NCBI GenBank assembly: GCA_051047955.1
Contig: JBPGPT010000066.1
Span: 1-32,267 of the forward strand
Length of the DNA stretch: 32,267 nt
From: Cystobasidiomycetes sp. EMM_F5
Lineage: Eukaryota
Direction of reading: 5' to 3'
Shown: positions 9,860 through 20,681 of the stretch, in pieces
How the letters are laid out: every line of letters starts with the position of its first letter
Numbering within the stretch: the stretch's first letter is position 1
Translations under genes and position numbers: made by a program
Notes under the pieces: model-generated
Told to the model about the DNA's origin: nothing
Databases searched by the model: none
Seen by the model: the letters and a program-made list of their open reading frames with translations, nothing else

Positions 9860-11983
9860 ATGGCAGCCCTGCATCATCGTCAGCAGTATCAGCAACATCA
9901 GCAATATCAGCATCAGCACCCGCAGCATCGCAGCTCGTCAGGCAGGCATCGCGACAGTCAAGAGACGGGCAGCGACGATAGCACGGCAGTCGTTATTCGG
10001 GGCAAGTCGAGCAGCGTAGCCAGAGACTCGTGGTATGCTTTGATTATGGTTCATCATGACTGCTCACAGCTGATTACATTTGCCAGGATCCTCTTTCCGC
10101 ACAATCATAATGGCGATCCAGCTTCCAGGTTGAGTGCGCCGATAAGGCAATCTGCCATAGACTCTGGAGAAGCTTCAACAAGAACGCGCCAACATCGCAC
10201 TACTAATACACACAGCGATCCATCTGAACCTATCCTCCTCAATCCCTTTGTGCTGGATGTCGCTTCCAATCCAGCTGGTGAATCCGCCACCCAAGCAGGA
10301 TCATCTAGCTGGACTATTGTCCAGGATGGAGACGAGACGCGTCTGAGCAAGTCGCTGAATGAAAGTGCACAATTCCAATCCGTCGGGAACACCGGGGGCG
10401 TCACACGACCTGAAACGGCTAGCGAAGCCGAAGGTGTTGAGCAGCAGTGGTCCTCTTTGCCCCGTCAGGCAGGAGATGGATCCTACTTCTTCTTTGACGA
10501 TGAAGATCAGGAGCCATCTCCTGACGTCCAGAAGAGTCCGGCACTTGATGTAACGGACAATATCAAGCTTCAAGCATCTGTATACCCCGTCGAAACGTCT
10601 GTCCAGCCTAGAAGTACTCTCGCGGCAGCTACGTCGACTGCAGGTAATAGCGATATACTGTCCTTACCATCTTCGTTATCCGCTCCATCCGTTTCTGAAG
10701 CGTCTCGGGGCCTATTGTCTCAAGACGGGGGCAGTCTACTCTCTTCTCCAGTGATGGGCAAGCCAGGCAATTTACCCCATGAAACCGATGATACACCTAA
10801 AGAAGGAGGTCTGACTGAGGCTGCGCTCAAGGCGATTGACGAAAAGTCATATTCCACGATAGAATGGTCAGACACCGCCGTCCAACAAGAAGCGACAGTA
10901 TTTGCAGACGCTGACGAGGAGCTGCTGTCGAGAGCGCCTGATGCAATCAGTGCCGGCATCCGCCCGGTTCGTGTTTCGAAATATCAGCCTCTTCCTCTGA
11001 TAGCTGCGGATATACTGGCGCCGCGAGCTCCGTCGCTCACAAGCAGTAATGGCAACTGCGGCATTCAAAGTACTGGCATCAGTAGCAGAGCAAGTAACGG
11101 GTTCAAGCGAAGGCATCGTAACGCGGGGTTGAGCGATAAAGGTTCCAAGCGTTCGCACACTAGCAAACAATCAGCCGAAGTGCCGGTACTTCGAAAGAGA
11201 GACGATAAAGGAAAGCGTGGTGCATCGACCGGTCGTAAGCTCCTGCCTGCTCAAGTAACTGTGGCCGCAAACGCAGCGACATCGCTCAAGAGTGCTGTAA
11301 GCTCTTTGCTGGAAGTTGACGATGAGCTGCTGGCGATGATGTCGGCTCAACCTGCCAGTGTTCTCGAGTGAGTATTGAACAGGAAAGAAAGGCTGTCGAT
11401 TCACAATTAACGATATTCGTTGACGTAATCCAGGCAAGCCCGACCGAGTGGACAAGCAGAGGAGACGACATGGACCCATTCTCACCGCTCAAAACGCGGC
11501 AATCACCGTCGACACGACTCTGGTAGCGTCACTAGCGCATTCTCTGCACATGTCGCTGCCGAGCTGGGTGACAGCCCAGGTATCCGGCAAATGTTCACCA
11601 GTGCTCATAACGAGTACTATACGAGCGATGAAGACACGGAAACGGAAGAATATCCGAAGAGCGGGACCTCCATCCGGCAGCCCAGCCGAGACCGCTCCCG
11701 TGCACTTACCAGTGATGAGGCGCACTACAGCAGGCACAGTGCGACTCAGCGACACTATGTTCGGAGTAGCTTGTCAGCTTGGGATGCAGCCGCAGCCACG
11801 ATGGATGAGGCGACTCGGCTTGAATTAGAGACCTTTCTTCAGACACACGAACCAGAATTCTTTGAGCGTTATCGTAACAGTCTCAGGGAGGCGGACGACC
11901 TGCATGCCGCTAGTCTCGGCCTCCATGAGCCCTTCTCCCTCCACTCTCTGCGGTACCTCATTCGCAAGTCAATCTCCAGCTAA
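9860..11983 (+). CDS. Uncharacterised, largely disordered protein with a Q/H-rich N-terminus. Probable introns 10033-10086 and 11368-11433
   Basis: The 503-aa ORF links through GTGAGT...TTGAC...CAG (11368-11433) into a frame continuous with ORF 11591..11983. A second, in-frame 54-nt GTATGC...CTGAT...CAG intron is likely near the start. Confidence 0.75.
9881..9928 (+). repeat. Degenerate CAG/CAT-rich coding repeat (QQYQQHQQYQHQHPQH)
   Basis: cagcagtatcagcaacatcagcaatatcagcatcagcacccgcagcat. Confidence 0.7.
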
Positions 11984-12421
11984 ATCAACTCGATGATCCG
12001 GCAATATAATATCGTTTATCAAGCAAATCCTCGCAAATCAGTGCAACTTGCACCTGCACGACTATGTCGCATATTGGCAGCTCGCACACCCCGTTCGCTA
12101 TCGTACAAGGCCCTTTGGCCATTCCTTCCCCGCAAACACGTTGCCGCATTTTGCAAGGAGTGGCACTAGCATTTGATGTAGCTTTGCAGTCAGGCAACCT
12201 TCTGTAGCATCTTCATTTCCCGTTTCCGTCGCCGACTAACGTCGTCGATGATACAGGCTGTACTGTGTGAAACTTGCGCCTAGTCAAGTCAATTCAGCAG
12301 TGAACCTGGTACTGTACTGCTGCCTGAAATGCGCGCCCGGGCCTAGCAAAGCATTCTTGGTAAGGAGAAAGGCTAAAGGGGTCGAAACATCCTGGAGTAG
12401 GACGAATGTGCTTCACAAAAG

Positions 12422-13243
12422 CTAATATCCGGTTACCGAGGGATTAGTTGCGCTGCTGACGCTCTGTCGTAGTGTGACTTTTGTTGGCTGTTCAGAGATG
12501 CCCCTTTTCTTCGCCTCTTCGATAATAGAAACAGTGCTGGATGTCCCGACTCGGTCGATGCCTAAAGCCATCATGACCAACAACTCGTCCAGCGTTCTGA
12601 CACCACCGGACGCTTTGATCTTTACGTTTTCGCCTGAACTCTTTCGCATAAGCGCAAGGTGGGGAATTGTAGCACCGTTATAATTGTACAAGCCCGAGTC
12701 GCTCTGCTTTACGAAGCCGAAGCCTGTGGAGGTCTTGATGAAGGCAACGCCGACTTTTGTACATATTTCGCAGAGCTTGACAATGTGCTCGTCCTTCAGA
12801 TAGTCCGTTTCGAAGATTACTTTGAGAATAGCGCCGCGAGACACCACGGCGTCATTGACAGTCTTGAGCTCTGCTTCTACGTATTCCCAATCGTATGAGA
12901 GAACCTTGCCAACGTTGACGACGACATCAATCTCTTTGCCGCCCTGGTCGGCTGCCAATGCTGCTTCGTACGCCTTGACTGCTGTGGAGCTGTTGCCTGC
13001 CGGAAAACCTACGACCGGGCAGACCAGAACTCCAGAGCCTTCGAGCGCTCTGACAGCTTGTGAAACGCTGTATGGTTTCACACAGGCTGTCGCAACACCA
13101 TATTGAGCGCATAATTTTAAACCCTTGTTGATTTCATCGTCCGTCATGGTTGGGTGTAGGAGGGCATGGTCAATCATTTTAGCAATTGAGGAGAGCGTGA
13201 CAGACACCGTTGAGGGCATCGTGGAAACTTGCGAATCAGCCAT
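12422..13243 (-). CDS. deoC: Deoxyribose-phosphate aldolase (DERA/DeoC), intronless; alternative start ATG at 13219
   Basis: Motifs MIDHALLHP, VCPVVGFPAG, EIDVVVNVG, LKVIFETDYL, FIKTSTGFG (Schiff-base Lys), IKASGGVRT, RVGTSS; uninterrupted ORF. Confidence 0.95.
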   Translation of the reverse strand: MADSQVSTMPSTVSVTLSSIAKMIDHALLHPTMTDDEINKGLKLCAQYGVATACVKPYSVSQAVRALEGSGVLVCPVVGFPAGNSSTAVKAYEAALAADQGGKEIDVVVNVGKVLSYDWEYVEAELKTVNDAVVSRGAILKVIFETDYLKDEHIVKLCEICTKVGVAFIKTSTGFGFVKQSDSGLYNYNGATIPHLALMRKSSGENVKIKASGGVRTLDELLVMMALGIDRVGTSSTVSIIEEAKKRGISEQPTKVTLRQSVSSATNPSVTGY

Positions 13244-13430
13244 GTTGTCCAGTCGGACATCAAACAAGCAGCCCCTTAAAAGTTGGGCAGACGCGTTACA
13301 GGTACTCTAAAAGGCGATGACATGGAAGCGGGGCTTCGGCTTCAAGCACAACAACAACGTCGCGTTGGACGAATGCACGATACCAACTTCTGCAGATCCG
13401 AGAACCGAAAGAACAGAGACGACCACCATA

Positions 13431-14670
13431 TCAGGTCTCCTTCAAGATTGTCTCGTTGAGTTCGGCAAGGGGAGCTAGCTCTTTGCTGTCCACCAGATCA
13501 AACTGAGAACGATGTATCCACCGTCAGGTGGAAGTGACGTTGTCTGGCGACGCGCCTTGACATACCTCGGTTACGAAAAGCAAAAAATGCCGGTAAGAAG
13601 TGTTGATGTGGGCTGGATGATAATGCACACGGAGAGATACATTCAAGTGAGTAAGGAAGGTCTCGCTGCCTTGCGCGATTGCATTTACCTTCGATGCTCA
13701 AAGCACATAATTGGGCAAAGTGATGCGCATACAGGTGCGCATACACGCGGAAGAGCCGCCGTACGATACTCTTGATCGTCGCCATGAAGTTGCGTGGAAA
13801 TGGCACCCCAATCTTGCTGGGAAAGATGGCTTCGTCGTCCAGCATGCCCTGTACCCAATTCATGAGGGCATCGACATATTCTGCAGCGACGCGTTGTGGA
13901 GTACTCAGTCACAAAAATAGATGAATAATGTACTACGTGACTCGCGTACCGGGTGCAGACAGCTTTGTTGGCTTCTTGTAATTTACACCGTCTTGCCAGT
14001 GGTATTCGTAGCTACAGACACGACGCTGTCAACCAAAGTCGCCCGGCCGATCTGTCCGCCCTGAGTAGACTGACCGGGACCCAGCTGTCATTACAGGACA
14101 TTCCTCTTTGCTGCAAAATTCAGTAATTGTCCCGTATAGCATGTTTATTTGGTTGAAGAAGTCGACCGCTAGAAAGGTGAGAGACAACCCGACGAGCGTC
14201 AGCAGTCTACCATAGTTGTCAACGCGCAACAGCATTCGAATGCGGGTCGTGTCGTGATTGAGACTGACTATTCACGGATAGCCACTCGTTCAGATCCTCG
14301 CCCTCTGGCAGGACGACTGCCAGCCGTAGGTTTCCAGAACCCAGCGTAGCTTCAGCATACCTATCCGATAGTCCACATCAGTCTCATGCTCCGCCTTGCA
14401 ATGTGTCCAGCGTATCTCCAATTGCTTGCACAATAGACAACAAACGCGTCGACCTACTTCTTGAGCTGGTAGTTCTTGGTTCCCTCAGCCGCGTTCTGTC
14501 CACAGCATCAGTACACGAGCTCGAATTGACGCTCTCCGCTCGTCTTGGCCCACCTTGCGCGGTCGGACCATCGTCTGTTGCCGCTTGCCGCTACATTGCA
14601 GCGTAACATCAGAAGTCTGGCCTGCGCTCGTTGGGCAACGTGTACGGCCTTACAGCTGAAAGAAACTCAT
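13431..14670 (-). CDS. MOB1: MOB kinase activator 1 (MEN/SIN NDR-kinase co-activator), 9 exons
   Basis: Eight GT-AG introns splice to [80 protein letters not shown]...[17 protein letters not shown]...[15 protein letters not shown]...HINTSYRHF...ELAPLAEL, canonical Mob1. Confidence 0.96.
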
Positions 14671-14878
14671 GATTGGGCAGGCTGTGTTGAATTGAGCATA
14701 AAGGTGCGAGCAAGTAGCGGGCAGCAGGCTGTTTTGGAAACGCTCGATCACGCGTAAATGGTGACATCTATGCTACATTGCGGAGAGCTGCTTCTTTCCA
14801 TTGATTTGTGTCGCATTCATCGAGTTTATGCTGTCCTTACGCAGCGCATCATCGCGCTTTTGAAGCAGTAACAATGCT

Positions 14879-17875
14879 CTACGCCGCAAGGCTCTTGAGC
14901 ACCTTTTCAGTCAATACGCCTGGCGGACACGACTGTGTAATCTGCATAGAGCCGCGTCAGTCGTGTTTCACATCATTGCAAACCGGGAAAACTGACTTGT
15001 TGCGCGATTTGCCGACCACCAGTCTCCCAACCAGCCCGAATGACTGGAAGGCACAGACTTCCCACCAGTATATCAGAGATGAAGCTGTCCCAATTACTTC
15101 CACTACCAGGCCCACTCCCGGCCGGCAGCAGAATACCCTTCCCGTACTTCCTCCACCTCAGCGCCGATACTACCAGCTTTAGGATACGTCGAGCGAACCG
15201 GTTCCTGGCCTCAATTGCGTCTGTATCAAGTAAAGTAGGCGGATTGCGTATGTCTGACAGGAAAGGTTGTACTATCTCAGTATATCTGGCTGCATAATAC
15301 TGAAAGCGACCGAGAAAGGCAGTGATGAGGTGAATGAAGCGAGCATGACTGGTCTCGATGACGTAGGTGAGCTGTTCTACCATGTTGAGTGCACTTGTTG
15401 TTGCCTTCGAAGATAGAGGGTCAAATGCCTCGAGGGTAAGCCGCCGTAGCTTGGGTATGACGACGGTCGTAATAAGCGCGACAACGACATTGTCATCCGC
15501 TGGTTGCGGCCCGGCAGCTTCCTCGATAGTATGCTGATAGTCTGCTAGTGAATGCTGCCACCGGCAATCGTCCAACTTTGTCGGCGGCGGGAGTTCCTGA
15601 ATCTACAGATGAATTTACAGAGAATTTCAGCGTGCAAGTCCCAAAACTGGACGCAACCGCAGCAACGCACATTGAATGGATTCCAGGATGCCATTTCACA
15701 TCGCGCCCAGAACTCCCACACTTCCACCATGCCAAGACCACCGAAAGCATTGGCATAGTCCTCCGGATACTGCTTGAGCCACTCATCAAAACGTGGTCGA
15801 ACACCCATCTCAGGGTCTTTAAACTCCTCCGCTTTCACATCTGAAAAGATGGCTTGAGAGTCGGCGATGAGTGCCTCGCTTGCAGTTCTTAAATCGGTAG
15901 AGTCGGAAGTATGTAGATCGTCCTCTGTCTCCATGCCATCTTCGACGGTCCCAATTGAGCGCCGCTGCCTTCTGCGGACCCGTTCCTCCCGCCTTGTGCG
16001 CCGGACCAGTGAGCGAGGAGACAGTTCGCTTGCTTCCGACCTGGATCTCCCAAATTCATCCATATCGCGTTGAGTTTGCTGTCCATCCACGTCCATAACA
16101 TCGGTATCTGAATTTGCCGCTTTCCCTGTGACAGTCCACTCGCACGGGATCTGGGCTCCAGTAAAGCTGGCCACATCGTCGCTGTCGTCCTTGTACCGTC
16201 TTATTTCAATGAGCGACATACGCTCCTTTTGTATACTCAGATTATCTGCTTCCACCTTCTCCAGCAGGGGGTATTTGGCATCAAGAAAAGACGCCATATC
16301 GTCCGCCCACGACCGGAATGCGGTATACCATTCATACTTGGTCGAAACCCGATCAATTTCTGCGCGAAGTTCTGTCGTCTGTACTTGTAGAGCAGTCTGC
16401 TCTCGCTCGAGCGAGCTGAGTAGGGTGTCAGACTCCACTTTAGATGTCTGTATCGCTTGCAATGAAGCTGTGAGGCGTGCTTGCACGTTTTTCAGAGTCG
16501 GCATCGGAGCCAAGTCAGGAACTGCAGTTACAGAAGGTATCAATCACGTTCCCCGAATCGTTTTGAAAATGAGCTCACTTTGCGCAGGTCGATAAATCGC
16601 TTGCCCAGCATCCTCTTCTTTGTACGTAGGTCTTGCGGCACCACGTCTGATGAGCTCCTCCTGCCATCTCTGTTCGTCCTCATCTTCCTCCTCGAGTATA
16701 CCAGGAACATTGTCATCGGCAGTCCCTTCTATCAATTCTCGCATCTCGTCACGTCTACCCCTAGCCGCTGCCTTGCGTGCTTTCTTGCCAAGAGGGACTC
16801 GTTCACCGCCTTCTGTGTATGCTGCATGCTCGTCGTCACCTGAAGCAACCTCTTCGTCGTCCGATTCGCGGGGTAACCGCGAAGTACCCGATTTGACTGG
16901 ATATGCTAGTGCCGTAGAGGATGCTCTTCCTCCGAGAGAGATGAAGTCTTCGCTCGTAGACATAGAAGCATCTCCGTTCTGTATACCTAACCGTCGAGCA
17001 GTCTCCCGTTTCGCTTTCGCCGCAGCTATAGTTGCAGAACTTGGCAGAAATGCAGACATGTCGTCTGTGAATCGTTTAAGCTCAGCTTGAGGCGAAGGCA
17101 AACGAGCATGGATGACTCACCTTGGTCGAGGCCTACTTGGTCGTCATTATCATAAGAGCCGATAATCAGGCCCCCGTTACTGCCAGACAAGTCGCCAGTA
17201 TCCTGCTCGATACCTTGGCGAGGCGGTGCCGACATCGTACTAGCTTTTAATGAAGCCAGATAGTCGGTGGAATAGCTTGGCCCAACATTTGATGATACTC
17301 CTGCGCTTGACCGAGTTATATTTGCTTGCGACATCGAATTCGACAATGCTCTGCAACAAGACGTTAATATGTGCTTAGATCGCAATGAGGCCATGAATGT
17401 TGTTGCGAACGTACCTTGCGACCGCTTGGTTGGCTCCGTTGTCCTTGCCTGACCCGCCTATGGAATTGGATGAAACTGCTATTGGCCGTTTGAGCTTCCG
17501 TATGCGATCTTCTGGCCTTCGCACGGAACTCGGCGGATTTTCAAGATCACCCTCTTTGTTATGTACGCTCGTCTCGCTGTCATTCGCTTCGTCATCGAAA
17601 CTCAGAGCCAGTCTGGAGCTCGACTGCCTAGATAGCGACGCCTTTCCAGACGAACTGCCGCCAAGAGCAGATACATTTCTGTCTTTCCCCTTGCTTCGGA
17701 ATATGACGGTGGGTGCAGAAGTGTCGCCGGCGTCGTCCACTCTGCTTGCTGCCTTTTCATTGCCGTCATCAACTATCGCAGCTCTGGCTTTGCCCTTTTT
17801 CGAGCCACGCTGCTTGAAGGACGGTGTGATGTTGAGAGGCCCACTGCCATCGTCGTCGTCTCCATACGAGGCCAT
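14879..17875 (-). CDS. NTR2: NTR2 / GCFC (GC-rich sequence DNA-binding factor-like) spliceosome disassembly factor, 6 exons
   Basis: Five GT-AG introns join ORFs 17375.., 17026.., 16544.., 15545.. and 14973... Motifs YSTDYLASLKAST and SATIAAAKAKRETARR..EDFISL (NTR2 region), a coiled coil, and IFSDVKAEEF..F..W...YP..Y..AFGGLG..WEFWAR (GCFC domain). Ends ..KSLAA*. Confidence 0.85.
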
Positions 17876-18000
17876 GTATGCCAAGCCAGCGTGTTGGCGT
17901 CGTTCCAATCATGAAATATCGTTGATCGGTCAAGGATGCCGCTTTGATGAAAAGAAGCAGCTGCCTTTACTCCCAACACACCAGTTGTAAATGCTGAATC

Positions 18001-19366
18001 ATGGCTGCCGCAGTCGCCAATCCAGCTCCGCCAATCCACCCAGCTGTCCGGTCAATACGGCGTTTGCGACGTGGTGCAACGACCGAGGTGCGTAAGAATT
18101 GGTCTGCAAAATATCGGTGTGATTGATGTGAAAGGTGTATACTGTGATTGCAGGAATGGCACGCCCTGTGCTTGGAGCCGTCCACCTCGTCGAGCAAGTC
18201 TGGGAGTAGTTCAGCTGGATCATTATCGTCGGCAAACGGGCAGCAGTACCAAGACCCGATAGCCCTGCTCGATAATATCGACTCGCCGTTTCAAGTGCAA
18301 GAATACCTCTCCGCACTGATTGCACAGGACCCTCATGACGTCGAAAAGATTGTATGGTGGCCGCGACGACCTCGGAGTGTACGCAGCGAAGACAAGGGCA
18401 AGGAAAGGGCTGCAGAGGACAGCGAAAACGACCAACAGCCAGAAGTGAATGGCGATATATCTTCGCCCGAAGGCAGCGAAGACGCGTATATTGACCGCGA
18501 TGTGTGGTTGTATGAGCATTTACGGTATGTTTGGAACGACACCGCGTTGTGCATACTCTGAGTTTGTGTTTTTGCGTTCTACTTGTGAAGCCACCTCGCC
18601 ATGGACCTCACTCACCCTCTCGTGACTGAACTTCAGGATGTGTGTACGCGCGAAACATGTCCGGAAATGAAGGCAGGGGAATGGTTGTATCTGTGCGCGG
18701 CACACGCGACAGCGAATGAGGTTTGTGCTTGACGGCGTCTACTTAGTCTTGAGATTAAGTAGGCTTACCCATTGAATACAGACTGAGTGTTGCGCTATCG
18801 ATTACATTACCCACACTCTGGACGGAGCTACCGCACTCCTCAACACCTCTAGATACTTCCCAAGCAGGTAAGCGTACAATGGCTCATTAGCACTCCTATT
18901 CAGGCAATTCTCATTGTGACCACACAGGCTCTCCGTCCCACAAACTTCGCTAAAACATTTCGCAAGCATAGCTAGGCGGCTGTACCGGATATTTGCACAC
19001 GCATGGTTCCACCATCGCGAAACATTCGCAAGCTGCGAAGTGAGCATGGCGAGCTGTATATCCCCTAGCAAGTTGTACTGATGAAGAGCATTGTATTGCC
19101 CGCGTTGATGGCTCAAGGGCGAAACGTCACTGTACGAGCGATTCCTTCTCCTCTCCAAAGAGTATGATCTGGTACCGGCTGATTTGCTGGTCATTCCGAG
19201 TTCAAAGGCCGTCGACCCTGATTCAAGAGATGCAGAAGTCACAGGTGCAGAGGCACAGCATGGTCTGTTACAGCATCCCCGAGGTGAAAGACATGGTAGC
19301 GTGGAGCGCCAGGGACCAGCGGCTGCTCCTGACGTCGCGACGGGCGGAAGGGCAAGCGATGTTTAG
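18001..19366 (+). CDS. MOB4: MOB4 / phocein (STRIPAK subunit, fungal Mob3), 6 exons
   Basis: Spliced product: [114 protein letters not shown], the phocein signature. Confidence 0.93.
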
Positions 19367-20681
19367 GGTCTACCCTACGACTTTGTATTCTGCGGTGTGC
19401 GAATCTCGAAACCTGCCGTGCTCTGGTGTGGTTCAGCTCGGAGATACTGCTCTTACACCCATGTCACCGCTGTATCTGCCTAGCATGAGTCTGTAGAAGC
19501 AATCCCGAGGGTTCATAGCGACACTGCATAACATATTCTGTTTCGGTACTTCACGGACTACTCAGACTGATTTTGAATACAATGCAAGCAGACCTGTTGG
19601 GTATGGAGAAATGAAAGCTCGGTGCACGACGAAATGTGACGTTCCTTGCGTCACACAACTACTGGAAGCTGCGGATTCACACGGGAAATACCGGTGCTCA
19701 GGACAACAGTACGGCCCATTAATCCTACAATTAACAAGACGATAGGTCTGGTTGTCCGGATGATTGAGCGCGTTAATAGGTCGCAGTCTGTAATGGGGAT
19801 AAAACGCGAGTCAGAACTGGTTTGTATTGATGTCGATGATGATCTTATTACTCACATGCTAAGAATCTGTATGACAACGGCCACCTTTTACTCTCGTGAG
19901 AGACGTAGAGACTTGGCCATCGAAATCGCAATTTAAATACCATGCATTCCCATGTAATGAGTACGGACTTGTGCAGCCATGGTAGCGGGAGCTCATCGTA
20001 AGTGTCACTACAAAAGGTTGAGTTGTTCTGCTGCGATTGCGTGTTCGGATTCCATCGTCCTTGCCATTTCATTCGGCACCTTTACGGGACATGAAGGGAT
20101 GAGATCAAAGCTGCGAGTGCATCGGGCATGCTTTGACAAGCAAGGATTGCACTACTTGCTTCACTTTGCATAGTCGGAGCAGTAGAAGCCCGTCATATAA
20201 ATCTGGCCTGGCCTGCGATCGATGGCCAGGCTGTCTCGATGGCGGTCGCAAGGCTATGCTTCTGGAAATCGTAGCGCTGGTTTGCGGTTAAAGGGTGGAG
20301 GTTTGAAATCGTAAATAGCAAGTGCGCGATGTAAAGGAAATTCACTTGACGCATTAGAATCCTCGTCAGATTCGCAAAGACTTGTGAGAATTTTATATCC
20401 ATCGCTGAAGTATCGAACGCCAATCTGAACCTGAAATCGGCAAAGACGACGATATTGCTGCTTTCGAGGCGGTGACCACTGCAGGCTCGCACAAGGACGA
20501 CCAGTGGATTATAAACAAGACTCTTGAGCTGGACGCCGTCTATTCGCCTAGCTCCATGGAGCCGGAGACCTCTGAAGCGGCAGTCATCGTCACTGGCCGA
20601 TATTGAGCTCATCGCATCGATATCATTTCAGCCAGCAGGATACATTACAAGCTCCCGCTGTGCAGGTCTGGCGTATTGACA

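Noticed and set aside
16128..17990. Long plus-strand ORFs (155-197 aa) antisense to the NTR2/GCFC gene
   Set aside because: Ser/Leu-rich shadows of acidic coding sequence on the opposite strand; no independent signal.
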